Shown here one piece after another: positions 34,836 to 44,911 of a stretch of 64,000 nt of DNA. The DNA is taken from the NCBI GenBank assembly GCA_049322915.1, contig JBMOPW010000002.1, forward strand, positions 64,001-128,000, in the 5' to 3' direction. Every line of letters begins with the position of its first letter. Position 1 is the first letter of the stretch. The stretch is from Candidatus Zhuqueibacterota bacterium. Its GTDB lineage: Bacteria > Zhuqueibacterota > Zhuqueibacteria > Thermofontimicrobiales > Thermofontimicrobiaceae. The notes beneath the pieces are model-generated. The model was given only the letters and a program-made list of their open reading frames with translations, did no database searches and was not told the DNA's origin. The position numbers and the translations under genes are program-made.

Positions 34836-34850
34836 TGGCATGGAGTTTGT
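34836..34850 (+). promoter_or_regulatory. Possible sigma-54 promoter upstream of the hsp20 genes
   Basis: TGGCATGGAGTTTGT: GG-N10-GT, one mismatch to the canonical GG-N10-GC. Confidence 0.3.
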
Positions 34851-34912
34851 TTCAACTACCGGCAAATAAATAAATTTTGAAATCAAACATAATTTGTTAG
34901 GAGGAATGTGTT

Positions 34913-35347
34913 ATGGCTATTATTCGATGGAGAAACGTGGACAATCTCAGGAATGAAATGGATCGACTGTACGATAGATATTATGGATCGAATCAGGAAG
35001 ATGCTGAAAATATCTGCGATTGCTATCCAATGGTTGACATTAAAGAGACCAAAGATGAATTTGTAGTCACCGCGGAGATCCCGGGCGTTTCCAGGGAAGA
35101 TATAAAAATCAATTTCACCGACGACGCGCTCACCCTTCAGGGCGAGAAAAATGAAGAGAAGAAAGTAGACGATCATACCTACCATCGCGTCGAGCGATCC
35201 TATGGGAAATTTTATCGCAGTTTTACTTTCCCGGGTAAAATCGCTGGTGATAAAATTAAAGCAGCGTACAAAGATGGTATTCTCACCGTCAGCTTGCCGA
35301 AACGGGAAGAAGTGAAACCCAAAGAAATTTCCATTTCTGTATCCTGA
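34913..35347 (+). CDS. Hsp20/alpha-crystallin small heat-shock protein
   Basis: PMVDIKET, ERSYGKFYRSF and YKDGILTVSLPK motifs. Confidence 0.93.
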   Translation: MAIIRWRNVDNLRNEMDRLYDRYYGSNQEDAENICDCYPMVDIKETKDEFVVTAEIPGVSREDIKINFTDDALTLQGEKNEEKKVDDHTYHRVERSYGKFYRSFTFPGKIAGDKIKAAYKDGILTVSLPKREEVKPKEISISVS

Positions 35348-35493
35348 TGCCGGGAAAAAGTTACCCGGGTTTGAATTAAAAAGAAGCGTTTTTTTGTAAT
35401 CACACAATGCAGTAGCCCGGCCTTGCTGAAGTTCTCGCCATAGGCCAGCTACTAACCCACACACTTAACCAATATTGAAGGAGGTGTTTTCAC

Positions 35494-35937
35494 ATGGCTG
35501 TTATTCGATGGAGACCGTGGAATGAATTGGAAGGTTTGCGACATGAGATGGACAGGATGTTCGAGAATTTTTATCGATCTGCATCCAGTGATGTTGAAAA
35601 CCTTTCGGGAAATTACCCACTTGTGGACATTAAAGAAACAAAGGATGATTTGATACTGACGGCTGAAATCCCTGGTATTTCAAAGTCGGACATCAGCATC
35701 AGCTTCACAGAAAATACGCTGACGATCAAAGGTGAGAAGAAGGAAGAGAAAAAAGAGGCGGACCATAATTTCCACAAAAGTGAAAGACGGTTCGGCAGCT
35801 TCACCAGAAGCTTCACTCTTGGCACTCAAATTGACGTCGACAAGGTGAAAGCATCGTGCAAAGATGGCCTGCTTGTGATTGAAATGCCCAAGAAGGAAGA
35901 AGTCAAACCGCGCGAAATTCCTATTTCCATTAAGTAA
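35494..35937 (+). CDS. Hsp20/alpha-crystallin small heat-shock protein (tandem paralogue)
   Basis: PLVDIKET, ERRFGSFTRSF and DGLLVIEMPK motifs. Confidence 0.93.
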   Translation: MAVIRWRPWNELEGLRHEMDRMFENFYRSASSDVENLSGNYPLVDIKETKDDLILTAEIPGISKSDISISFTENTLTIKGEKKEEKKEADHNFHKSERRFGSFTRSFTLGTQIDVDKVKASCKDGLLVIEMPKKEEVKPREIPISIK

Positions 35938-35954
35938 ATTCATACATGATAATG

Positions 35955-36005
35955 AAAGAGTGTTTTGCTTGCTTCGAGTTCGGAATCGAGCGAAACACTC
36001 TTTTT
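35955..36005 (+). terminator. Intrinsic terminator
   Basis: AAAGAGTGTTT...AAACACTCTTT hairpin with T-run. Confidence 0.65.
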
Positions 36006-36102
36006 CATTTTGGAAAAAGATAATGCTTGATTTTTTAGAAAATGAATTTTAAATTAGGACGATTTAAATTGAAATCCTTGTCTCATTTATCCAGCATGCG
36101 AT

Positions 36103-36705
36103 ATGAAAGATTACTACGTAATATTAGGTCTTCCCAGGAATTGCAATCTGGCTGAGATTAAAAAAGCTTATCGCAACCTTGCAAAACAACATCACCCTGA
36201 TAAAATAAAAGGGGATAATTGTAGCGGGTTTCGCGAGGTGCAGGAGGCGTACGAAACCCTGAGTGAGAATGATAAACGCCGGGATTACGATAGTCAGCTT
36301 CGAAAGTCTGAATCTTCGCGCCCAATTGCACACCGCGCTCCATCCGTTGCTCCACAGTCTTTTACCGATTGTCCATTTTCCCGTTTTGATTATTTTTCTC
36401 AAACGCTTCAGGCGTTGCATCATCCGGACTTCTACAGCATGGAATTGATTCTCACCCCGAGTGAAGCAAAATCCGGCGGCGCTGTGCCTCTGAATATTCC
36501 CACTCACGAGACGTGCAATGAATGCCGGGGATTTGGTTTCATCGGATTTCGGGCCTGCCATATGTGCCGGGGCGCCGGCGTGATCAATCGCGCGCACCAG
36601 GTCGTGTTAAAATATCCATCGGACGCAATGCATAATGAGCAGTTCGAAACGTTCATCCAAGGATTCGGATACCTTCATATCACTGTGAAAATTTATGAAC
36701 ATTAA
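36103..36705 (+). CDS. J-domain protein with a partial DnaJ zinc finger
   Basis: [20 protein letters not shown] and CHMCRGAG motifs. Confidence 0.88.
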   Translation: MKDYYVILGLPRNCNLAEIKKAYRNLAKQHHPDKIKGDNCSGFREVQEAYETLSENDKRRDYDSQLRKSESSRPIAHRAPSVAPQSFTDCPFSRFDYFSQTLQALHHPDFYSMELILTPSEAKSGGAVPLNIPTHETCNECRGFGFIGFRACHMCRGAGVINRAHQVVLKYPSDAMHNEQFETFIQGFGYLHITVKIYEH

Positions 36706-36783
36706 AAGAGCCTTTGCCTGTATGCTACTATTCAACGCGATTTCTTTGTACATATATGTTCCAAATGATTTCTAAAATAGACG

Positions 36784-36806
36784 GCGAGTTATATACTCGC
36801 TTTTTT
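36784..36806 (+). terminator. Intrinsic terminator
   Basis: GCGAGT...ACTCGC hairpin followed by T6. Confidence 0.6.
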
Positions 36807-36855
36807 ATTTGTCCTGTGAATGAATTGCACAATTAAAACATGAGAAGGAGGTTTT

Positions 36856-37995
36856 ATGGATTTCGTCCTCACTGAGGAACAAACGATGCTGCGTGATTCT
36901 GTCAGGGAATTTGCTGAAAACCGATTGGCAGTTGAAGCGGAAGAAGCAGATGTTCAGGCGTTCATTAAATCCGATGTGTTGAAGGAGATCGCTGAATTGG
37001 GCTATTGCGGAATCTGCACGCCGGACATTTATGGTGGCGCCGGTTTTGATACAACGTGCTACGCGCTGGCCATTGAGGAAATTTCCAAAGTTGACGCCTC
37101 CATCGGCGTGTTGCTTTCGGTGACAAATTCACCGGCCCAGTTTCCACTGATACAGTTTGGCTCGGAAGCGCTCAGGCAGAAATACCTGCCCGACCTGGCC
37201 AGCGGTCGCAAAATTGGCGCTTTCTGTCTCACAGAAGCCAATGCCGGATCCGATGCTGCAGGCATCAAGCTTACAGCCGAGTTGAAAGGTGATCACTATA
37301 CATTGAATGGCTCGAAACAATTCATCACCAATGGCGAGCTTGCCGAAACTTTCATCGTGTTTGGTACGATTGATAAAAACCTGAAAACTAAGGGCATCAC
37401 GGCGTTTGTCGTGGAAAAGAATTTTCCCGGTGTGAAGATTGGCAAAAAAGAGAATAAGATGGGGCTGCGCGGCTCCTGCACCAATGAAATTATCTTTGAA
37501 AACTGTGTCGTCCCCGGAGAGAATGTCATTGGTGAACCAGGGGATGGATTTAAAATTGCGCTGGCAACGTTAGATCATAGCCGCATCGGCATTGGCGCGC
37601 AGGCGCTGGGGATTGCTGAAGCAGCGCTGGAATATGCCCTGAATTACGCCAAAGAGCGGCAACAATTCGGTCGGCCCATTGCGGAATTCGAGGCGATTCG
37701 TTTCATGCTGGCCGATATGGCGACAGAAATAGAGGCAGCCCGTTATCTGGTTTACCATGCCGCATGGTTGCACGATAAGGGAAAGCGGACGTCGAAAGAA
37801 TCGGCCATGGCCAAATTATTCGCCTCCGAAATGGCCTTTCGCTGTGTGCACAAATCGCTACAGATTCACGGGGGGTACGGCTACATGAAAGAATACCCGA
37901 TTGAGCGTCTCTATCGCGATCAGCGGGTGACTGAAATTTACGAAGGAACGTCGGAAGTGCAGCGGTTGGTTATTGCAGCGTCGCTTTTGAAATAG
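36856..37995 (+). CDS. Acyl-CoA dehydrogenase
   Basis: FCLTEANAGSD, GSKQFITN, RQQFG, QIHGGYG and IYEGTSE motifs. Confidence 0.95.
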   Translation: MDFVLTEEQTMLRDSVREFAENRLAVEAEEADVQAFIKSDVLKEIAELGYCGICTPDIYGGAGFDTTCYALAIEEISKVDASIGVLLSVTNSPAQFPLIQFGSEALRQKYLPDLASGRKIGAFCLTEANAGSDAAGIKLTAELKGDHYTLNGSKQFITNGELAETFIVFGTIDKNLKTKGITAFVVEKNFPGVKIGKKENKMGLRGSCTNEIIFENCVVPGENVIGEPGDGFKIALATLDHSRIGIGAQALGIAEAALEYALNYAKERQQFGRPIAEFEAIRFMLADMATEIEAARYLVYHAAWLHDKGKRTSKESAMAKLFASEMAFRCVHKSLQIHGGYGYMKEYPIERLYRDQRVTEIYEGTSEVQRLVIAASLLK

Positions 37996-38028
37996 AATCC
38001 TGATCATTTCAAAATACCGGAGAGAAAA

Positions 38029-39162
38029 ATGGAATTAACTGATCGGCAGAAGAATTTCCAGAAAAAAGTAAGATCATTTTGCCTCGATGAAATCGCACCG
38101 CATGCGGATAGAATTGACAGAGAGGGTGTCTTCCCGGAAGACATCATGGCAAAGGTCGCGGATTTTGGACTTTTTGGCTGCGTGATTCCGGAGAAATACG
38201 GCGGTCTGGGACTGGATACAGTCTCCTACGCCATCGCTGTGGAAGAAGTGTCCCGCGTGTGCGGCTCCACCGGAATTACCATTGCCGCGCACAATTCGCT
38301 GGGAGCAATGCCGTTCCTTTTGTTCGGCACGGATGCGCAAAAGGAGAAATATTTGCCAGGCCTGGCCAGAGGCAGGGAATTGGGCGCTTTCGGTCTCACG
38401 GAGCCCGGCGCCGGCTCCGATGCCGGAGGCACAAAATCCGTCGCCATCAAACAGGGCGATAACTGGGTCATCAACGGCCGGAAATGCTTCATCACCAGTG
38501 CGGCTCATTCGGGTGTGATTGTAATTACCGCCAAGACGGAACAGGACGAGACCAGGCGGCGGATTTCCTCTTTCATCGTTGAAAAAAATACGCCGGGCTT
38601 CGTCGTGGGCAAGAAGGAGAACAAGATGGGATTGCGCGGCTCGGACACGCGCGAATTGATTTTTGAAAACATGCGTTTGGCCGGCGACGCACTGCTGGGG
38701 AATGAGGGGGAAGGCTTCAAACAATTCCTGACCATTCTCGATGGCGGAAGAATTTCCATTGGCGCGATGGCGCTTGGTCTGGCCCAGGGCGCATTCGATT
38801 ATTGCCTGCAATTTGTCAAACAGATGGAACGGGCCGGCGCGCCGCTCACTTCGTCTCAGGCTGTGCAATGGAAAATGGCGGACATGTACACTCAAATTCA
38901 ATGCGCCCGGCATTTGATTTATTACTCCGCCCGACTTGAAGACGCGCATCAGAAATTCATCGTTGAATCGGCCATGGCGAAATTGTACGCTTCGGAAATT
39001 GCAACGAAAGTCGCGCACGAGGCCATGCAGATCGTCGGTGAGGAGGGCTGCAACCGCGACACGCCGCTGGAACGGATTTATCGCGATGTGCGACTCTGTG
39101 AAATTGGCGAAGGTACATCGGAAATTCAGCGGATCGTCATTGCGCGGGAATTGTTCAAATAG
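38029..39162 (+). CDS. Acyl-CoA dehydrogenase
   Basis: FGLTEPGAGSD, KMGLRGS and IGEGTSE motifs. Confidence 0.93.
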   Translation: MELTDRQKNFQKKVRSFCLDEIAPHADRIDREGVFPEDIMAKVADFGLFGCVIPEKYGGLGLDTVSYAIAVEEVSRVCGSTGITIAAHNSLGAMPFLLFGTDAQKEKYLPGLARGRELGAFGLTEPGAGSDAGGTKSVAIKQGDNWVINGRKCFITSAAHSGVIVITAKTEQDETRRRISSFIVEKNTPGFVVGKKENKMGLRGSDTRELIFENMRLAGDALLGNEGEGFKQFLTILDGGRISIGAMALGLAQGAFDYCLQFVKQMERAGAPLTSSQAVQWKMADMYTQIQCARHLIYYSARLEDAHQKFIVESAMAKLYASEIATKVAHEAMQIVGEEGCNRDTPLERIYRDVRLCEIGEGTSEIQRIVIARELFK

Positions 39163-39173
39163 GAGCCGCAGGT

Positions 39174-40034
39174 ATGGTGATGTCTTTCTCCATTGGCGAT
39201 TGTCAGTTGTTCCTTCCTGAAGCCGGCAGTTTTGCCCTGGATGCCGGCGCCTATTTCGGAATTGTGCCGAAACTGATCTGGCAGAAGCTGGTTACTGTGG
39301 ACGAATTTAATCGCTGCCGGATCGCGATAAATCCCCTGCTGATCAAAACGCCGCAGCATACCATTTTGGTGGATCCCGGCCTGGGCGACAAATACGGGGA
39401 CAAGCTTCGGTTCATTTATGACATCAAGACCGAAACGAATTTGCTGAATTCGTTGCAGGAAATCAATGTGTCGCCGGCGGATATCGATATTGTCGTGGCG
39501 ACTCACATGCATTTTGACCATATCGGCGCGTTGACCCGAATCAATGAGCATAGTGAGGTTGCGCCGACTTTTCCCAATGCGGTTCATTATTTCCAGGCTG
39601 GCGAATGGGACGATGCGACGAATCCGGACGAGCGAACCAAAGCGAGCTATTTCTCCGAGAACTTCCTGCCCTTGCAGGAGCGGGGCCTGGTCACATTGAT
39701 CGAAGGCGATGTGCAGATAACGCCGCACGTTCGCGTCGAGAAAACCGGCGGCCATACAAAACATCACCAGATAGTCATTTTCGAAGCCCAAGGGCAGACC
39801 GTCGTTTATCCCGGCGACATTCTGCCCTCTGTGGACCATCTGCCGCTGCCGTACGTGATGGCGCTTGATTTATATCCGGTCGATGTGATGGCTCAGAAAC
39901 GGAACCTGTATCGCCGCGCCATCGAACGCGACTGGATAATCTGCATCGACCACGCCAACGGAGAGAAAGCGGGGCGGATCCGATTCGAGGGTAAGAGATA
40001 TATGTTCGAACCGCTGATAATGGCCGAATCGTGA
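39174..40034 (+). CDS. MBL-fold metallo-hydrolase (YtnP-like)
   Basis: THMHFDH, GGHTKHH and GD motifs. Confidence 0.9.
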   Translation: MVMSFSIGDCQLFLPEAGSFALDAGAYFGIVPKLIWQKLVTVDEFNRCRIAINPLLIKTPQHTILVDPGLGDKYGDKLRFIYDIKTETNLLNSLQEINVSPADIDIVVATHMHFDHIGALTRINEHSEVAPTFPNAVHYFQAGEWDDATNPDERTKASYFSENFLPLQERGLVTLIEGDVQITPHVRVEKTGGHTKHHQIVIFEAQGQTVVYPGDILPSVDHLPLPYVMALDLYPVDVMAQKRNLYRRAIERDWIICIDHANGEKAGRIRFEGKRYMFEPLIMAES

Positions 40035-40119
40035 GCAATCACTGAACAGAAAATTATTGCAGAGCAGGCGGATGCGTTTTAAAAATTTGAGAGATGATCC
40101 CTATTTAAAGAGATTAAAA

Positions 40120-42942
40120 ATGAACAGATTTATTTTTCTTTTAGTTTATGCTTTTCTTTTAGTTTCAATTTCGTATAGCCAACAGACCGGAACAAATAAC
40201 TATGTTGATGCTGTTATTAAAGACGGTAAGCGGGATTATAATAGGGAGACAAACCGTGGAGAGAGAAATAGTTGGAAGGAAAAAAGGGCAGCGAGAGGAG
40301 AACAGGATATTCCCCTAACTACTCCTCATAATCGCCAACTTACACCGCAAGAAGTAATAACCTTACAATCTATTATTCAGGACTTTCAGGTTAACGAAGA
40401 AATTTGTAGTAGTTCGGTTCAAGAAAATGCTTTAATCGCCATGGACGGGAGCGGAAATTTCGTAATTGCCTGGGAAGATTATCGTAATGCTAATTATGAC
40501 ATCTATGCCCAGAGGTATAATAGTAGTGGCAGCGCACTAGGGACAAACTTCAAAGTCAATGATGATACAGGAAGTTCTTATCAAGTCGAAGCTTCAATCG
40601 CCATGGACGGGAGCGGAAATTTCGTAATTGCCTGGAAAGATTATCGTAATGGTTATTACGCCGACATCTATGCCCAGAGGTATAATAATAGTGGCAGCGC
40701 ACAAGGGACAAACTTCAAAGTCAATGATGATACAGGAGGTTCGGGGCAATACAATCCTTCAATCGCCATGGACGGGAGCGGAAATTTCGTAATTGCCTGG
40801 TCTGATACTCGTAAAGGAGAGTGGGACATCTATGCGCAGAGGTATGATAGTAGTGGCAGCGCACAGGGGACAAACTTCAAAGTCAATGATGATACAGGAG
40901 GTTATTATCAAATCTATCCTTCAATCGCCATGGACGGGAGCGGAAATTTCGTAATTGCCTGGGAAGATGATCGTAATGGAGATTGGGACATCTATGCCCA
41001 GAGGTCTAATAGTAGTGGCAGCGCACAAGGGACAAACTTCAAAGTCAATGATGATACAGGAAGTTCTTATCAAGGCGCTCCTTCAATCGCCATAGACGGG
41101 AGCGGAAATTTCGTAATTGCCTGGCAAGATGGTCGTAATGGTCATTATGACATCTATGCCCAGAGGTATAATAGTAGTGGCAGCGCCCAAGGGACAAACT
41201 TCAAAGTCAATGATGATACAGGAAGTTCTTCTCAATACAATCCTTCAATCGCCATGGACGGGAGCGGAAATTTCGTAATTGCCTGGGAAGATTATCGTAA
41301 TGGAGATTGGGACATCTATGCCCAGAGGTATAATAGTAGTGGCAGCGCACAAGGGACAAACTTCCAAGTCAATGATGATACAGGAAGTTCGGGGCAATAC
41401 AATCCTTCAATCGCCATAGACGAGAGCGGAAATTTCGTAATTGTCTGGGAAGATTATTGTAATTGTACTACAGACATCTATGCCCGGAGGTATAATAGTA
41501 GTGGCAGTGCACAAGGGACAAACTTCCAAGTCAATGATGATATAGGAAGTTCGGATCAATGGAATCCTTCAATCGCCATGGACGGGAGCGGAAATTTCGT
41601 AATTGTCTGGGAAGATTATTGTAATTGTACTACATATGCCCGGAGGTATAATAATAGTGGCAGCGCACAAGGGACAAACTTCCAAGTCAATGATGATACA
41701 GGAAGTTCGGGGCAATACAATCCTTCAATCGCCATGGACGGGAGCGGAAAATTCGTAATTGCCTGGTCTGATACTCGTAATGGAGAGTGGGACATCTATG
41801 CGCAGAGGTATGATAGTAGTGGCAGCGCACAGGGGACAAACTTCAAAGTCAATGATGATACAGGAAGTTCTTATCAAGGCGCTCCTTCAATCGCCATAGA
41901 CGGGAGCGGAAATTTCGTAATTGCCTGGGAAGATGATCGTAATGGTTATTATACCGACATCTATGCGCAGAGGTATAATAGTAGTGGCAGCGCACAAGGG
42001 ACAAACTTCAAAGTCAATGATGATACAGGAAGTTCTTATCAAGGCGCTCCTTCAATCGCCATAGACGGGAGCGGAAATTTCGTAATTGCCTGGAAAGATT
42101 ATCGTAATGGTTATTACCCCGACATCTATGCCCAGAGGTATAATAGTAGTGGCAGCGCACAAGGGACAAACTTCAAAGTCAATGATGATATAGAAAGTTC
42201 GGATCAAAGCCATCCTTCAATCGCCATAGACGGGAGTGGAAATTTCGTAATTGCCTGGCATGATGAGCGTAATGGAGATTGGGACATCTATGCCCGGAGG
42301 TATAATAGTAGTGGCAGCGCCCAAGGGACAAACTTCCAAGTCAATGATGATACAGGAAGTTCGGATCAATGGAATCCTTCAATCGCCATAGACGGAAGCG
42401 GAAATTTCGTAATTGCCTGGGAAGATTATCGTAATGGAGATTGGGACATCTATGCCCAGAGGTATAATAGTAGTGGAACAGGGATAGAGGGTAATTTCAG
42501 AGCGACAGCTGCAGGAGGAGTGTATCACTTGCATCCCGCTGTTAAATTATGGGATGGTAAAATATATAACACATGGATGAGCGAATACGGATATGATTGG
42601 GACATTTGGGCAAATGTACTTGATTGGGATAATCCGGTTGGTATTGAGGAAAAAGAAAGCGGTAATCGGTTATCAGTAACCAGTTATTGGCTGGGGCAAA
42701 ATTATCCAAATCCATTTAATCTCACGACTATTATATCTTTTAATCTACCTAAAAAAGCTAATGTAATTTTAACTATTTATAGCCTGATTGGAAAAGAGAT
42801 TGACACAATAGTAAATAAGGAATATAATTCCGGTTATTATGAGATACTATTCGATGCTTCAAATTTGACATCTGGTCTATATTTATATAAATTAGAAGCA
42901 GATGATTTCATTGAAGTTAAAAAATTCGTGGTTTTAAAATAA
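40120..42942 (+). CDS. Secreted tandem-repeat (probable beta-propeller) protein with C-terminal T9SS type A sorting domain
   Basis: Signal peptide from ATG 40120; 13 repeats of 52-55 aa (IAMDGSGNFVIAW...IYAQRYNSSG...NFKVND); C-terminal QNYPNPFN...SGLYLYKL...KKFVVLK. Confidence 0.88.
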   Translation: MNRFIFLLVYAFLLVSISYSQQTGTNNYVDAVIKDGKRDYNRETNRGERNSWKEKRAARGEQDIPLTTPHNRQLTPQEVITLQSIIQDFQVNEEICSSSVQENALIAMDGSGNFVIAWEDYRNANYDIYAQRYNSSGSALGTNFKVNDDTGSSYQVEASIAMDGSGNFVIAWKDYRNGYYADIYAQRYNNSGSAQGTNFKVNDDTGGSGQYNPSIAMDGSGNFVIAWSDTRKGEWDIYAQRYDSSGSAQGTNFKVNDDTGGYYQIYPSIAMDGSGNFVIAWEDDRNGDWDIYAQRSNSSGSAQGTNFKVNDDTGSSYQGAPSIAIDGSGNFVIAWQDGRNGHYDIYAQRYNSSGSAQGTNFKVNDDTGSSSQYNPSIAMDGSGNFVIAWEDYRNGDWDIYAQRYNSSGSAQGTNFQVNDDTGSSGQYNPSIAIDESGNFVIVWEDYCNCTTDIYARRYNSSGSAQGTNFQVNDDIGSSDQWNPSIAMDGSGNFVIVWEDYCNCTTYARRYNNSGSAQGTNFQVNDDTGSSGQYNPSIAMDGSGKFVIAWSDTRNGEWDIYAQRYDSSGSAQGTNFKVNDDTGSSYQGAPSIAIDGSGNFVIAWEDDRNGYYTDIYAQRYNSSGSAQGTNFKVNDDTGSSYQGAPSIAIDGSGNFVIAWKDYRNGYYPDIYAQRYNSSGSAQGTNFKVNDDIESSDQSHPSIAIDGSGNFVIAWHDERNGDWDIYARRYNSSGSAQGTNFQVNDDTGSSDQWNPSIAIDGSGNFVIAWEDYRNGDWDIYAQRYNSSGTGIEGNFRATAAGGVYHLHPAVKLWDGKIYNTWMSEYGYDWDIWANVLDWDNPVGIEEKESGNRLSVTSYWLGQNYPNPFNLTTIISFNLPKKANVILTIYSLIGKEIDTIVNKEYNSGYYEILFDASNLTSGLYLYKLEADDFIEVKKFVVLK
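40435..42477 (+). repeat. Intragenic tandem repeat, ~162-bp unit, 13 copies
   Basis: Near-identical DNA framework with two variable segments per unit. Confidence 0.95.
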
Positions 42943-43070
42943 TATTATATTTTATGCTTATAAAGATTGTTACAATAATGCTGCTAATCTGTGTGTTACT
43001 TAGTGGTTTAATTCATAAATTCAGTGACGTATAAAAAATAAAGATGTGAGCAAAATTTATCTAATCGAGG

Positions 43071-43227
43071 AACCTTATTTTTGTTGTTAAAACCTTAGTA
43101 GTAGAAAAAGCCCTGAAAAAATTTCACCTCATTACCTTATTATCATTACCTGGTTTATAAATAAGGTAATAAGTTTAGGGTATGGGGAAAACATTTCCTA
43201 CTAAGGTGTAAAGACTAGAATAAGGTT
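43071..43227. repeat. 157-bp imperfect palindrome built from ACCTTA boxes
   Basis: Three nested inverted pairs: AACCTTATT/AATAAGGTT, ACCTTAGTAG/CTACTAAGGT, ATTACCTTATT/AATAAGGTAAT. Confidence 0.75.
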
Positions 43228-43483
43228 TAACATCATGGCTATTTTGTAAAAAATATGTCGTCGTAATTATGAAATAGGGTACTAAGGTATTTATGCATAA
43301 CTTGTGCATGCAGTTAACCGAAACCGCCATGTGCGAATTCGATAATTTGGATGTCCGCAACAAGAAAGTTAAAATATTGGCGTTCAGTGCGCCGCACGGT
43401 TTCGGCAACAGATGCAAAACGTTTTGTAAAAAAGTTAAAGTTAGTTGAAAGCGCTACTCTTCACAGGTAAAGGAGAAGAATTT

Positions 43484-44824
43484 ATGAATCTTGAAAACCG
43501 CTTGACCAATGTTGCGATCATTGGCGCAGCCGGAAAAATGGGAAGTGGAATTGCACTGCTATTGGCCCAGGAGATGGCATTACAAAAATTAAAACCGGAG
43601 AACAAGGGCAAAATCTATCGCCTCAATCTAATCGACACCGACGATAATGCTCTGGATGGACTGCTGTTGTATCTCAAAGATCAGGCGTTGAAGACAGCCG
43701 AAAAATCCATGGTCATGTTGCGCGATTTGTACGCTGACCGACAGGACCTGGTGGAAAATTCGGAGATCATTCAGCAATACCTTCAAGACGTGATTTCAGT
43801 TGCGCGCGTGGGAACCGATTTGAATCTGGCGGCGAAGTCGCACATGGTGTTCGAGGCCATTGTGGAAAACGTCGAAATTAAAATCAAAGTGTTCAAGCAA
43901 CTTAAGGCCATGTGCGGTGAAACGACCTTCTTTTTCACCAACACCTCGTCCGTGCCCATTCATCTGGTTGATCATGGCGCGGCATTGGATGGTCGGATCA
44001 TCGGCTTTCATTTTTACAATCCGCCGCCGATTCAGAAATTGGCCGAGTTGATTCCGACCAAAGAGACTAAAAAGGAATTGATCGATCTGGCCTATGAAAT
44101 CGCCGATCGGCTGAAAAAGAAAATTTTCCTCTCCGCCGACGTGGCCGGATTCATCGGTAATGGTCATTTCCTCAGGGATGGGCTGCACGCGATCTCCGAG
44201 ATGGAACGTTTGATGAAGTCCTTCAAGCGGTTTGAAGCGATTTATATCGTGAATAAAGTCAGTCAGGATCTGCTGCTTCGCCCCATGGGCATTTTTCAGC
44301 TCATCGATTATGTGGGCGTGGATGTGTTCTTTTTCATCTCAAAGATCATGGATAAATACATCGAATCCGAGAAGCTGGATCATCCCTTCATCGATGCCAT
44401 GTTCGAAAAGAAAATCTTGGGCGGGCAACGCGCCGATGGCAGCCAGAAAGATGGCTTTTTGAAATATGATAAAAACCGACCGGTTGGCGTTTACGATTTT
44501 GAGTCCAGCAATTACGTGATGTTCGATGCAGCGGACTGGACAGGCAACGTCGACAAAATTATCGGCGTCTATCCGGAGACCTGGTCCCCGTGGAAAGTCC
44601 TGTTGCGCGACGGCGAGAAGGATAAGAAGATGGAATTATTCTTCAACCAGTTGCGCGGCAAACAGACCATGGGCGCCGAGATCGCGCTGAATTACCTGAA
44701 GCGTTCGAAACAGATCGGGCAGCAATTAGTCGAATCCGGCATCGCCAAAAATGCAGACGATGTGAATGGCGTTCTGGTGAATGGATTTTACCATCTCTAC
44801 GGTCCCATCAACATGTATGTTTAA
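43484..44824 (+). CDS. 3-hydroxyacyl-CoA dehydrogenase family protein
   Basis: GAAGKMGSGIA, EAIVE, TNTSS, GFHFYNP and GFIGN motifs; AAGGAG RBS before ATG 43484. Confidence 0.9.
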   Translation: MNLENRLTNVAIIGAAGKMGSGIALLLAQEMALQKLKPENKGKIYRLNLIDTDDNALDGLLLYLKDQALKTAEKSMVMLRDLYADRQDLVENSEIIQQYLQDVISVARVGTDLNLAAKSHMVFEAIVENVEIKIKVFKQLKAMCGETTFFFTNTSSVPIHLVDHGAALDGRIIGFHFYNPPPIQKLAELIPTKETKKELIDLAYEIADRLKKKIFLSADVAGFIGNGHFLRDGLHAISEMERLMKSFKRFEAIYIVNKVSQDLLLRPMGIFQLIDYVGVDVFFFISKIMDKYIESEKLDHPFIDAMFEKKILGGQRADGSQKDGFLKYDKNRPVGVYDFESSNYVMFDAADWTGNVDKIIGVYPETWSPWKVLLRDGEKDKKMELFFNQLRGKQTMGAEIALNYLKRSKQIGQQLVESGIAKNADDVNGVLVNGFYHLYGPINMYV

Positions 44825-44911
44825 TGCCGTTAAAAAAAGATATAAACTCAAAATTCCAATAGTACGTCTAAATGGTGTTTCATCTGAAGCGATTCAAAGC
44901 TGGTGGAGGAT

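Noticed and set aside
40435..42477. CRISPR array (conserved repeats alternating with variable segments)
   Set aside because: The units are ~162 bp, keep the reading frame, encode protein and reuse the same variable segments. No cas genes are present.
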